Assembly (NCBI RefSeq): GCF_003918875.1
Contig: NW_025767002.1
Coordinates: forward strand, 682,001-746,000
Source: Haliotis rubra
Lineage: Eukaryota
Length of the DNA: 64,000 nt
Direction: 5' to 3'
Part shown: positions 25,478 to 38,453 of the stretch, piece by piece
Layout: each line of letters opens with the position of its first letter
Numbering within the stretch: the stretch's first letter is position 1
Notes under the pieces: generated by a model
The model's database searches: none
Told to the model about the DNA's origin: nothing
The model's input: the letters and a program-made list of their open reading frames with translations, nothing else
Translations under genes and position numbers: made by a program

Positions 25478-26204
25478 TTAACTGCTGTATGTAGAACTAC
25501 TGATCAGTTGAACCAACTACTGTCTTGAAAGTAAATTCATTAAAAAACACTCATGTTAAGTATTTGTCATTTTGCTATGACCCAAGCTTTTTCACAATCG
25601 AAACAAAACAATTATGCGGTAATTTTGAACATTTAGTCTCCACATAGTTTTATAGCCAGTCTTCATTCAGGAAAACCTGTCTTGAAAGATGAGTGAATAT
25701 TGTTTTACGCTGAGTGTTTAAAGCGTTGGCTCGTCTCGTCGATTCCCCTCATGGGTACATTGTGTGAAACCTATCTTTTGTGTTAAAAGACATTTTGTCC
25801 CTCGTCCATGAACACTTCAACCTCGACAGTGCGGATTTACCGTTTCTAGTCAAATCCAGGTTCATACACTTCCGGGTTCTCGAAATCAGGATATGTTGTA
25901 ATGTCGCTTTTCAATAGATATTCCAAATTGTCATTGTCCGGGAAACGGAGTGTCCGGACTAAACAGGTCCGGTTTCTCTGAATGTACGTGATTTGAGATA
26001 TTGTACCAGGACGTTTGACCACGCGTGGCCTGAAGGTAGTCGATATATCCACTGGTCGGTCACTCAGTACCAACGCATTAATCATTTGTGGTTGAGACAA
26101 TTTGATGCCGTAGGTTAAAAGAGTGTTAATCTTCCGTAACCGAGATCGTTTTAAAAACATTCCCGTGTTTACACAAACTCTCATCAAATGGAGGGGTTAT
26201 GAAA

Positions 26205-26650
26205 TGTAGGGGGTGAGGGAAGAGGGGCTGAGAGGGAACTGGTGGGTGGTAAATAGAGGAATTGTCGAGGTTGTAAGAGGCTGAGAGGGAAGGGTGTGTG
26301 GTTGTTTGGGGAATTGTCGAGGTTGTAAGGGTAGAGGAGGTGGGTGGTTGTGGGGGGTAAGGGCCGCGGATTTAGAGGGGCTGAGAGGGAACTGGTGGGT
26401 GGTTATTAGAGGAATTGTCGAGGTTGTAAGGGTAGAGAAGGTGGGTGGTTTTTGGGGGTAAGGGCTGCGGATTTAGAGGGGCTGAGAGGGTAGGGGTGGA
26501 TGGTTGTTTGGGAATTGTGGAGGCTGTAAGGGTAGAGGAGGTGGGTGGTTTTTGAGGGTAAGGGCTGCGGATTTAGAGGGGCTGAGAAAGGGTGGGTGGT
26601 TGTTTGGGAATTGTGGAGGCTGTTTGGTATAAGGGGAGGGTGGCTGTGAG
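26205..26650. repeat. G-rich ~100-bp tandem repeat, about 4 copies
   Basis: GGGGCTGAGAGGG...GGAATTGT(C/G)GAGG(T/C)TGTAAGGGTAGAGGAGGTGGGTGG...GCGGATTTAGA recurs. Confidence 0.85.
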
Positions 26651-27292
26651 GGTAAGGGCGAATGGGGTGGGGGATATGTGCGATGATGGTCAGTTGAAGG
26701 GGTCGGGCTGTCGTACGGGTAGGAGAGAAATGTTTAGGGAATCTGTGGCGTAAGGCGAAAGGGAACGAGAGGGTGGGTATGCATTTCAATAGAGTACCAT
26801 TGCGAGGGCAAAGTTTGCATGTCTGAGCGACTGTGTGCGTAATGTCGTTCATCGACGTCGACGTAGTTCATTCCATGGAGCGAGTGTTGACGCGATGCCA
26901 GATAGATGTGTCAGTAGCTCCATTAGATGCGTGCCACAGGTAATGGGCAAAGCAGCGTTATTATACCGGGAGGGGGAGGGAGGGTGGGGAGCGGGTGATG
27001 AATGAGAGTTTACTAGCACGCATTCTCTAATTAATATTAATTCAATCTGTGTAAAAAAAAATCTAAAATGTTTTTTTAATTACTGGCCATCACTGGGCTC
27101 TCGCCTACAGTCACTAACTCAAAACAATAACTGATCACCAGTTGTGCATTAAGTACCAAAGCCATTGTCGCACAGAGGTTAAGCAAATTATTCCTTCAAG
27201 GACATGTACATGTATATTCCACAAAAAGTAAATATTCGGTTCATTGTTTGTAAAGTAGTGAGGACTGCTTATTAAACAAAAAAATACATGTT

Positions 27293-27508
27293 CCCGTGAA
27301 GATCCGGGGTAGAATTGGTTACCAGGAACCCATGCTTGTTGTAAGAGGCGATCGGGTGATCAGGCTCGCTGACGTTGTATCTCAGTTTCGCAGATCCATG
27401 GTCATGATGTCAATCATTTGATTGTTTGCTCCAGACTCAGTTGTTTACAGACAGTCGCCATTACACTGGAATATTCTGAGTGAGGAGTTAACAACAATAA
27501 CAAACAAA
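27293..27508 (+). mobile_element. Family B retroposon, older copy with AAC-rich tail
   Basis: CCCGTGAAGATCCGGGGTAGAA head. Confidence 0.85.
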
Positions 27509-27549
27509 TATACTGTCCGAATACAAATCACTGACTGAGATACAGTTGA

Positions 27550-28031
27550 GTCAGTGAGTGAGTATGGTTTTACGCCGCTTTTAGCAATATTCCAGCAACA
27601 TCACAGCGGGGAACACCAGAAATGGGCTTCTCACATTGTACCTATGTGGGAAATCGAACCCGGGTCTTCGGCGTGACGAGCTAACGCTTTAACCACTAGG
27701 CTACCCCTCCGCCCCAGTGAGTGAGTATGGTTTTACGCCGCTCTTAACAATAATCCAGTAATCACGGCTGGGGACAGCGGAAATGGGCTTCTCTCATTGT
27801 ACCCATCTGGGGAATCGAACCAGGGCCTTTGGTGTAACGAGCTAACGCTTTAACCACTAGGCTACCCCACCGCACCAGTGAGTGAGTGAGTGAGTATGGT
27901 TTTATGCCGCTTTTAGTAATATTCCAGCGGTATCACACCGGCGGGCACCAGAAATTGTACCAATCTGGGGAATCGAACCAGGGCCTTCGGGACGAGCAAA
28001 CGCTTCAACCACTAGGCTACCCTACCGCCCC
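27550..28031 (-). mobile_element. Head-to-tail trimer of family A SINE
   Basis: Three consecutive copies inside one TSD GAGATACAGTTGA (27537 and 28032). Confidence 0.92.
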
Positions 28032-30180
28032 GAGATACAGTTGAACATACTTGCAAATGTTACCAGTTGGTTACAATGTTAGCAACTATACTGACTACGA
28101 ATATATAACGTAAGAGCAGCTATTTACTGTTGTTGTAATGTGACTAACAGTGGCATAAAACACAATTCACTCACTGTTACCACGGAAACGATTCCTATCA
28201 ACCGGATATCGACAATAGCTGTAAAATGAATGTTCTCAATACACAATGACCTCCTCTGGCCACAAGATGAATCTGGATCTCTTCCAATTCCCATCAAAGA
28301 CGGTTTGAAGCGTATCACTGAGCTGGGTAATGCTGCCTGCTCTCCCAGACAGGGTCATGGGGGCTCGATGGCGGAAAACAAAGAAAAACAATGAGCGGAT
28401 ATTTTTTTTTCACAATTGTGAAAACAGTAATTATTTCATTCCCTATGAATCATAGACAGCAACTGCATCTTTGTCTTAAAAGATGGAATCAACAAGAACG
28501 GCGAGAATGGATGTTGTGCTTGAGGGCGCTTGAGGATGCATGTTTAACCTCAGTGCTGTTTCATGGTAAATTGTGTAACAGCATGGCACGGTCAGAACCC
28601 TTTGAAGTTTACTGCGAAGAGTTACGCTTGACGTCCTTTCAGAAAACATCTATGTGAAAACTGGAGACAGGGCGTTTAGGTACGAAACAGATATTTATAT
28701 GGGCACTAACTGTGGTCTCCCCCCCTTACCCCACCCCTACTACCCCCTTTTCACGGAAATCGATAAAAATCGAAACATGGGAATATGGCCAAGATGTTTA
28801 ACTTTTTTAGGTTTAGGTTTAGGTATATCGGAGATCTGGATGTCGCTAAGTATGGTTAGATAGTCAAATGCCTTTCGTTGATTTACACCTGAGCTTGAAA
28901 CGTATTCAGGGCAAGTGAGCCCCACATGTTTAGATCTCTGTGTACAGATTCGGAGCGACAACAAACTATTCACAAGACTGTATGACAACAGTGATGGGTT
29001 CAACTAACAAATATTCATCTTTTGTTTTATGTCGGGCAATATTCCAGCAGCCCCAGCTTTTCTGTTTACATTTCACAACTTTTGAGGTCCTTGCGAAAAG
29101 GTTTGTTATCCGTTTAGAAACGTGTATGGTCGACACGTAGAGGTCCAAATTTGACGCATCGATGACAAAAATATGGCTGATGCTATTCCCCATCTTGACT
29201 TTAACCAGAAGCAAATCATACAATGGATCATGTTTTAAGAGGATTCTTATAATTATGTTGAGGGTTTTATACCTTTATATCTATTTCATTAGCTTCTTAG
29301 TCAATAAATAAGTGCATATTATGGTGACACACAGAATCATTGTCATATTTAAATTAGGTTTAAATATTTGTTTGAAATTTAATAACGTTAATCACACAAT
29401 TCAGAACTGCATCGGGTAGGGTATGGCAGTATTATCTGTGACGTATGTTGTTATTACAAATAAATAATTCAGTAAATAGTGAAGACACGACGTTAAAAGG
29501 GTGAATGAGTTTAATTTTACGTCACTTTGGGGAATATCACGGCGGAGGACATCATAAAGGGCAAGCGAACGGCTTAACAAACCCGGGTTAACCTCTGGGC
29601 TACCCTACCGAAAAAAAACGTTTGCATCTGAATATCCTATTCCACCAAACGCTACGAAGGTTATCAAAATGTTACCAAGATGACAACAGTCGCTGAAACA
29701 AGCTTAGGTCCAAACCAGAACTGTGATAGTCGTATGGAATATATTACCATCGAAAATCAGGTTTTAGCCAGTTTTAACACGAATGCACACTTTCTTTTGT
29801 CTGGCAGTTCAGTTGGTTAAATATTCAAATGTCATCACAGTTGTTTGATTTGACGTTTAAGAAAATAATAAATCATTTACTTCAGTTCGCTGTGACGCTA
29901 AGGATGAGTGAGTGACTCGGGTTTAAGAAGTACTTCAGTTAGATCAAGCGTACGGGTGGCCCAGTCGCCATAGGCGTCACAATTCGCCGTGCAGAGTTAC
30001 GTCGCTTGGGCGTGCCAGTAATTTATGATAATGAGTTCCGATTTTGTTTCTACGTTTCTCAGCGTCATGTCCAAGCGTGTGATTTCTCCAAAGTGGTAAA
30101 TTATTGCGACCTGCGTCACTTCCGGTTTTCAGTGAACCTCACTCACTCAGTTATATCATGACGTGTCATCTCTATATGGA

Positions 30181-30345
30181 ATGAGTATGCGAGTTTAGTT
30201 TTACGTCGCTTTTAGCAATATTGCAACACTATCACTGCTGGGGACACCAGAAATGGGCTTCACACATTGTACCCATGTGGGGAATCGAACCCGGGTTTTC
30301 GGCGTGACGAGCTAACGCTTTAACCACTAGGCTACCCCCACCGTC
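30181..30345 (-). mobile_element. Family A SINE
   Basis: Full consensus match by eye. Confidence 0.9.
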
Positions 30346-30573
30346 CATACATGGAAGGAACACTCGAAGTAATGTACGTCTTAAAGAATGGTGATAATTT
30401 TTATGGGTGTACAACTTCTTTATTCTGTGAAAGGCGACGTTGAGACAGAGATTCTAATGTCGTTGTGAAGCTGTAGTTGTATATTCATAACAATTATTAT
30501 TATTTTTCATCACCTCAACTTCAAAAATGCCCATCAAAGAAATGTACGTCTTAGTTTAGAACTTTGGTAAAAT

Positions 30574-31078
30574 CCGCCTCCGTGGTGTAGTGGTTAGAGC
30601 GTCCGCCCGGAGAGCGGAAGGAGTGAGTGAGTGAGTGAGTGAGTGAGCTGCTTTTAGCAATATTCCAGCAACATCACGGCGGGGGACACCAGAAATGGGC
30701 TTCACACAATGTACCCATGTAGGGATTCGAACCCGGGTCTTCGGCGTGACGAGCCAACGCTTTAACCACTAGGCTACCCCACCGCTCCGGAGAGCGGAAG
30801 GAACCCATACCAAAAGACGTTACACTATGGTACTTGTTGGTCCCTGCCCGGCGCTCGGCATTAATGGGTACAACAAGGACTGGTCGGCTCGGAGTCAGTA
30901 TAATGTGTCTGAGTGGGGTATTCATGCTTCACAGTGGCATGGAATCTCAGTGAGCTAGCACTATAAAACCAGCTTAAGTCTGGGCTAGTACAAGCAGCCA
31001 CACATACGCATGCACGTCGTCATAAGAGCGAAATAATCTAAGTACGACGTTAAACACAATATCATCTCATCTCATCAG
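30574..31078 (+). mobile_element. Family C tRNA-headed SINE with a family A SINE (minus strand, 30623-30786) inserted in its head
   Basis: TSD CCGGAGAGCGGAAGGA at 30607 and 30787; C body CATACCAAAAGACGTTA...; (TCTCA)n tail. Confidence 0.9.
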
Positions 31079-31321
31079 ACTTAAGGCCGCTGGCAAACCG
31101 AAACCCACTATTAAATACATACCTGCCATGTCCAAGGGCTGCAACTCTGTACAGAGAATCAGGGCTAATCTTGGGGTTCGAACCTATGGTCAAAAGTCTG
31201 GCACGTCTGAGGAACGTAACTCTGTATAGGGTGAATTATCTCTTCATCAAATATATGTACACAAGTAAATATTCCTTTTTGTGTTTTACTGTCAGGTAGA
31301 GCCTCTTTTGGGTACAGGACA

Positions 31322-31890
31322 GGGCCTAGATTTTCGAGACTCTCTTAGCGCCAAGATAGTCGTAACTATGGGAGACTATTGATGGGGAAACAACTATTGG
31401 GATAGCGATAGTCTATTGCAACCAACTATTGCAATACTATTGGAATGGGTTTTTCTCTCCTTGAATTGTCTCATTTGAAGTCATTTCTCAAATGAATGTG
31501 TAGTTTATATGAAATAAAAATAAGCTGAAGTAGTTCACGTTTTTATTCACAATTTCAAACTCCGAGTCGCATGTCGTGTTTGCCACTATGATTGTTTAAG
31601 AGGTAACAGAGGCGGCTAACTGTAAATCAAAGTGAATGAATATGGTGCTTCCTGTATTTAGCGCTACGCATTTATCAACGGAAGTCAATAACTAAACTAT
31701 CGATTGTCACACATACTATCGATGCATCGATAGTTTTCCGTTTCTACCATCGATTAATTGCTATCGAAGACTCAACAAGAGCAATCCATTGATAGTTCGA
31801 TGCATCGCTACAGCGCTAGTCGTAAGTGCCATACATTAACATTAACTTACGACTATTTTAGCGCTAAGAGAGCTTCGAAAATCTACACCC
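31322..31890. mobile_element. Harbinger-like hairpin MITE with a ~450-bp nested insertion (31367-31818)
   Basis: ~45-bp imperfect TIRs GGGCCTAGATTTTCGA...CTTAGCGCCAAGATAGTCGTAA / TTACGACTATTTTAGCGCTAAGAGAGCTTCGAAAATCTACACCC; insert flanked by GTCGTAA(C/G). Confidence 0.75.
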
Positions 31891-32564
31891 TCAAGGTTAA
31901 AGAAAAGTTTTAAAATAAAATTTTAAAATGCTGCTGTTTTGGCTGAATAAGCAAAGATCCTTCCGGCTGTCAGGTGTTCTGGCGTGTGTCAAAAGAATAC
32001 CGTTAGGCCATGTATACATGTGTATCAGCGATCACTCTAGTGCATATTATGTCACCTAGCATGGGAAGACATCTATTATTGACAAACTTCAAACAGAATA
32101 TGATGCATTTGAGTTTATATAACCGTTGTTTTATGAAAGCTTGAATCACAAGTTCCTGAATTCATTTTCATTAATCACCTGGTTCCAGTTTTTCCCTTGT
32201 CATAAATCAACCTCATTACAATCAGATCTCAGTTCTCTGCACGACAGATGACATTGCAGGACATGTCAGAACGACCTTTACCGAACTTTGACCGATTAAT
32301 GAATTGAGCCTTGTATAGAATTCAGCTCAAGTTTCAAAATGGCGACTACTCTTTAAATTCTTTTTGACAATTTTAAATTTTGAAAACTGAAGAAAAGAAC
32401 ATTCTGAAATATCTTATAGCCAAGATTGTTTCCGAGTACTCCACATGGTAAATGCAAGGTCTCTTCCGTTCATTTGTTTATCCTACTGAGACAAGAGATA
32501 TGCGATCATTTTGACAGATTCAGGGTAAAGCTCTGAAACTATGGGAATATCCCTAAGTGAAATA

Positions 32565-34081
32565 TACTGAGTCAAAAAAAAGAAACTTCACAAAATGTAA
32601 TTTGAAAAATAATGAATAATTTTTCTCTGATGATACATCTATGTATCCGAAATGGGATCCCTATCTTTCGACTAGAAAAATGTTAGCAAAACCCACTCAA
32701 ACCCATCCATTCGTCGTGCAAATGACGTTAGTGCCAAATCAGGTTTTGCACGTGCAGTCGATCACGTGATCTTCGCATCGAAGTTTTCTTCATATGCACG
32801 TGTTTGCATTGGCCTCAAGAATTGAAAAAAACACTTTTAAACCACAGTTCTAACGGTACTTGAAATGCCACGATTGTCAAATGTGCAACGTGAACGTGCC
32901 GTTGGCATGTTGCAAGCGGGAAGATCAGTTATTGACGTCGCAAGAGCAATGGGGTGCAGCCGTTGTACTGTGTATGACTTGCGAGGTCGTCTACAACAAA
33001 CTGGCACCACTTCTGATCGCCCAAGGTCGGGTCGTCCACGTGTGACGTCGTGAGCAGAAGACCGTCAAATCGTCCTACGTCACCTACGTGACAGATTTCT
33101 GCCGGCTACACGAACCAGGGCTGAGATGTTTAGAGGTCGACTCTCCTCACAGACCATTCGAAATCGGTTGCGGGCTGCCAATCTTCATTCTCGACGTCTA
33201 TATCGTGGGCCAATATTGACGCCGTTTCATCAACGTCAACGTCTGCTGTGGGCCCAACGTCACCTCCGATGGACCGAGAGAGACTGGAATCGAGTCGTCT
33301 TTAGCGATGAATCAAGGTTTACCCTCAGATTCGCGGACGGCAGGCATAGAGTCTGGAGACGACGTCGTGAACGGTATGCCCAATGTTGTGTACAGGAAGT
33401 CGACAGATTCGGGGGCGGAAGTTGCATGGTGTGGGGTGCTTTGCTGTGGGAATAACCGTTCCCGACTTCTGGTCATCCGTGGAAACCTCACAGCTGCTGC
33501 TTACCGCGACCAGGTGCTCACCCCTGAACTCGTTCCTTTCATGGCGGCTCATGGCCCAGGTCTACAGTTCCAGCATGATAATGCTCTGCCGCATACCGCG
33601 ATGTTGACACGAAATTTCCTTCAAAACGCTGGAATCATCGAGGTCCCCTGACCTTAATCCAATAGAGCACGTTTGGGATGCACTTTGGAGAAGGCTTCGT
33701 GGTCTTAGGAACCAACCTCAGAATTTGCAGGAACTTGGCGCTGCCTTGCAAGAGCAATGGCGCAGAATCCCCAACCACGTGTTCACAAGCATCAGGCAGT
33801 CGATGAGGAGACAGTGTTTGGCAGTGGTGAATGCGCGGGGCGGCCATACACGATATTGAACTGAGAAATTTCGCATTTTTATTCTTGTGACTTGACATTC
33901 TGTATACCCATGTTTTGGAACGGCGGTGTCGCCTAATGGAACTGATTATGGCACTGTCAGTGTATCGAGTACATCACACAGATCTCAGCAATGAAATAAT
34001 AACAATTTAACCATCTTACCATCTCTTGTTCTTTGATAGTGCCCTGAAGAAAGAATGTGAAGTTTCTTTTTTGACTCAGTA
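32565..34081 (+). mobile_element. Full-length Tc1/mariner DNA transposon (~1.5 kb)
   Basis: ~27-bp TIRs TACTGAGTC(A)nGAAACTTCACA; TA duplications at 32563-64 and 34082-83; internal transposase. Confidence 0.97.
32865..33859 (+). pseudogene. Tc1 (DD34E-type) transposase pseudogene
   Basis: Paired-like HTH, RSGRPR, FSDESRF, GGGSCMVWG, FQHDNA, PDLNPIEHVW, GGHTRY*; disabled by TGA at 33051, a frameshift near 33445 and a short deletion near 33645 that removes the WP..S motif. Confidence 0.95.
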
Positions 34082-34302
34082 TATTTCGAGGGTTTTAAGG
34101 TCGGTGGACATAGGAGTGAGATAATTGCACTGAAAGTCGAACAAACCTTTTTGGTTTTTGTAGTTATGAAACAGGTGATTAATCTGATTTGATGATACAT
34201 TGATACATGCACCACGCAGTGCATCCGTGTGGAGAGTCGAACCCGACGACCGTAGGAACGACAACGGGCGTCATTCGTTGTCTTGTCAGATATCGAATTC
34301 AG

Positions 34303-34497
34303 ACACCTCCTCCGTGGTGTAGTGGTTAGAGCGTCCACCAGGAGAACGGAAGGTCGCGGGTTCGATCCCCGGCCGCGTCACACCAAAAGACGTTAAAATA
34401 TGGTGCTTGTTGGTCCCTGCCTGGCGCTCGGCATTAATGGGTACAACAAGGACTGGTCGGCTCGGAGTCAGTATAATGTGTCTGAGTGGGGTATTTG
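34303..34497 (+). mobile_element. Family C SINE, 5' half
   Basis: A box TGGTGTAGTGG, B box GTTCGATCC, Meta-like body. Confidence 0.9.
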
Positions 34498-34498
34498 A

Positions 34499-34722
34499 AA
34501 CCTGTGGATACCCGGGTTAGAATTGGTCTTCAGCAATCTTTGCTTGTTGTAAGAGGCGACTAACAGGATCGTGTGGGCAGGCTGGCTGGCTTGGTTAACA
34601 CATCGATGCTTATGTTGTTGATCACTGGATTGCCTGGTCCAGACCACCGAGATATAACTGGAATATTTACTGAGTGTGGCGTTAAACAATAAACAAACAA
34701 ACAAACAAACAAACAAACAAAC
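34499..34722 (+). mobile_element. Family B retroposon, older copy with (AAAC)n tail
   Basis: GGGTTAGAATTGGTCTTCAGC...TAAGAGGCGACTAAC. Confidence 0.85.
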
Positions 34723-36154
34723 ATGTGCTTGACGAGCATACGCTTTAAAAACTGTGTCACGTCACTATTATAACTACAAGGAAGGGGGTCGCGCTGTACC
34801 ATGTCGGAATAGAACTCAGATCTTCAGAGTGACAAGCGACCCCTTTAATAACTGTGCCACAGTGCCCATATTGGCACAATAGGGAGTCACTAAGTCCTAG
34901 AATTGGGCTCGGGTCTTCATAGTGATGTGTTTTTTAGCCTGTATTCCACCACCCTCTTGACGAAAACGAAAACTTAAGTTATTGTTGCGGTTGATAGGAT
35001 CATCACACAACTAGTAAACGACATCACAGCCACTCAGACATTAAACAGACGCGTGTTATAATATGTACCCTCTGGTACCCTTGTGCTTTAAGTGTTCAGA
35101 CGTCACGCCAAAGTCTGGGTTCGATTCTCAACGTATGAAATCCAATAGTGATGTGTCCTGCCGTGATTGTACTTGAATACTGAAACAATCCGACTGAAAA
35201 TGATGCTCTTAATGAACGTGACTACACAATGCCTTGTAAAAGACGTCAAATGTAACATATGTACTATTTGGAATTACACTATCTTGATATAGTACAAATT
35301 CTGGTACTTTTTTGGGCTGAATCCTATGAGGGATTCTTGCTATCGATCATATGATATATCAATCAAACTAAAAGCAATCATCAAAACTAATATTACCCTT
35401 TTACTGCGCATTCTAATAGTATGAAACACAATCCTGTAACGTCATAAAGAGATTACAGTTTGTTAAGTAACGGTTCCGTTCATCAACAAATTATGACGTT
35501 ATTATGGAATCCTAAAAGGGACATTAGCCCGAAGTGCTATCTTGTAGCTTGAACATCACAGAGTGCGTCGCTAATCAACAAACAAACAGGAAGTCCGAAA
35601 TAAATATGATTTCGGAGTCAGCTGGTTTGTATATACAAATATGCACGACTGGTACACTACATACAATGTATTAATGAATCTTGTAAATACTACACATATT
35701 CCCGCCTGGTTTTTCCGTCCCGTCGTGTATGTTTATCATACACAATACAACAAAATTCAATACCATAATCTATTCCCTTTGTTAAGCAAATGCTTCATAA
35801 GCAAATAGGAAACAATTAAGTGATCAACTGTTCAATTATATTTCACAGTATAACTTCCACGACAAACACGGCATATACATTAAACAGCGAGCGGTACACG
35901 TGGTATTGTAATAATCTAATTGAGACGACCGTCGGCAATACTGATCAACATGAACATAACGATGTTAGTATTGATGTAATGAACGTACTTCATTTAATGC
36001 CCCTGTTTCGCTATACATGGGCTTTAACCAATCGATTGAAGCCGTAGACTGGGCCGAGTGACCTCGCGCATACCATTAAGTCTGTGGCATTATCGGCGAG
36101 TTTGATATTCATGGGCGTTATTATTACAGTTCGGGACTGCGCAAAGATACTGGT

Positions 36155-36352
36155 TAGAAATGGTCTTTGGGAACCAATGCTTTTCAACGGATTGGATGGT
36201 CAAGCTCGCTGATTTGGCTGATGAATATCATAGGGTTCTAATTCGTAAATCGATGCTCAGGGCGTCAGTGAGTGTTCTATTTTTAACAAACTGCTTTCAA
36301 ATAGAATAACATTATTGATTGCAGTGTTCAACAACAACAACAACAACAACAA
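36155..36352 (+). mobile_element. Highly diverged family B copy
   Basis: GGTTAGAAATGGTCTT, GGTCAAGCTCGCTGA, (AAC)n tail. Confidence 0.6.
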
Positions 36353-36489
36353 AATGTTACAGTTCTTGCAGATGGTGTTCCCGGGTACCCAGCAAACTAT
36401 GCTTGTTTAATGTGGATTGGGTGGTCATCCACCGATAGTAATTTGATGGCGAGTCAAAATACAACGACGGTGTAGATTGTTGATCCCAG

Positions 36490-36803
36490 ACGTGGGGTAG
36501 ACTAGTGGTTAAAGCGTTCGCTCGTCCCGGTTTCAATTCCTCACATTGGTACAGAGTATGAAGTCCTTTGCTGGAATATTGCAAAAAGGCGACGTAAAAC
36601 TAGATTCACTCATTCACATGTTTCTTCGTTTAGTGAGTGAGTGAGTGAGTATGGTTTTACTCTGCTTTTAGCAATATGCCAGCAATATCACGGGGGTGGA
36701 CACCAGAAATGGGCTTCACACAGTGTACCTATGTGGGGAATCAAACCCCGGGTCTTCAGCGTGACGAGCGAACGCTTTAACCACTTAGGCTACCCCACCG
36801 CCC
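36490..36803. mobile_element. Tail-to-tail pair of family A SINEs (+ 36490-36615; - 36631-36803)
   Basis: Consensus motifs on opposite strands. Confidence 0.85.
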
Positions 36804-37431
36804 TCTCCTTCTAGGTGGGGAAGTGATTGTCATAATGGCCAGTAAGGATTGACTGTCGTGATGCGATTAGCAGGTAAATATCCAATTACGACAGAATAGG
36901 TCAAGCGTCATGCAATATTATACAAGGTAATATACACACGGTAGAAGTATCGCAACACTACCTTTTGTTTATAACCCTCATATAGTCATTTATGTTCATA
37001 TCATAATAATATCTTTTTATTAGTTTGACTCTTAGGGCGCATCCTAAATTGATTTTAGATATGCACGTGCTATGATCAAAGGCGGACACCACGTGCAATA
37101 TATGTACACGTCATTAAGCAAACATCTTGTTTCAGTAAACTGTTCTTACAGCTCGATAACTTGGAAAATCGATTGATTTCGTTGTGGATAAGCAAATATA
37201 TGGCCTCATCAATTGACAACTGTTCAAAGATGGTACGTTATTGGCGTGTGGGATAACGCCATGCCACGGAGGGTTATTGCAAGAGATGTGTCGGCTGTCA
37301 TCCATCGACTATCAGCCGACTGAAAAGAAAAATAAACAAATTAAGGGCATTAAGGACCGTCAGGCAGAATACAGCCCTTTTTTTCAGAATCACGAGACTT
37401 CATCCGTTCATGTCAGGTGGCGTGGAAAACA

Positions 37432-37666
37432 TTGGTTGGTTGGTTGTTATTTTACGCCGCACTCAGCAATATTCCAGCTGTGTGGTGGCGTCTGTAAATA
37501 ATCGATTCTGGACCAGACGATCCAGTGATCAACAGCATGATCGATCTGCGCAATTGGGATACGATGACATGCGCCAATCAAGTCAGCGAGCCTGACCACC
37601 CGATCCCGTTAGTCGCCGTTTACGACATGGATTGCTGAAGACCATTTCTAACCCGGATCTTCGCGG
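37432..37666 (-). mobile_element. Family B retroposon
   Basis: CCGATCCCGTTAGTCGCC...TTCTAACCCGGATCTTCGCGG. Confidence 0.88.
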
Positions 37667-37694
37667 TGACGTTAAAACAAAATGAATATGTGGC

Positions 37695-37840
37695 TTCCAC
37701 GTCGTCGTTTGTCCAACAGAGCGGTCCCAAATCGCATAAAATCGCTTGGGTATAGAACCAGACGTCCATTTTTGTCCTCAGAGCACAAGGCAGCACGACT
37801 AGTTTTGTGTCAAGCTCGACGTAACTGGAATGCGGTATAT
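37695..37840 (+). pseudogene. Small degenerate Tc1-family transposase fragment
   Basis: RRLSNRAVPNRIKSLGYRTRRPFLSSEHKAARLVLCQARRNW resembles the second-HTH/linker region of the Tc1 at 33126. Confidence 0.55.
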
Positions 37841-38453
37841 CAATTCACTGGCTCTTTTCGCTGGGTAGGTCAAGGTCAAGGTCGTCAATGGCGAACTCCA
37901 CTTGTTATAACGGTCTACGGTTATAACGAACTATAATTGATGGTCCCTTCAAGTTGCTTATAACCTTAGTAGACTATTATAATGAAACTGGACATTCTGT
38001 AGGTAGTAAGTACGCAGCCTATATATTATTGAAAACAAGCTCAATTTTATATTAATATGCCGAATATATGCAACTTTAAGACGGGGTGTCTTTCGGATTA
38101 ATATTATGCTAATTTGCAGTTCTTGTTAACATACACTTACAGAGAATATCTTTCCTTAGCTATCATTGATTATCAGAGCCATCTCTAACAGAAATAACCA
38201 TGCTACACTACTAGAAAAGGCTTCACACATTGTACTCATGTGGGGAATCGAACCAGGGACTTCGGAGCGACGAGCGAACGCTTTAACCACTAGACTACCC
38301 AATGAAATTATGTCCATGTTTAAAGGTCCCTGAAATGGAAATAACAAGGCATAGTTATTCTCCAGTGATGTATTAGATACGGGTAAAGCATACGATATCA
38401 CATGTATCATATCACACAACATGTGAGTACACGTAATGTCTCCACCAACATGA

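Noticed and set aside
32627-32655. Hammerhead-like CTGATGA...GAAA in the Tc1 5' region
   Set aside because: Stem II does not close correctly next to the core, and no stem I/III is evident
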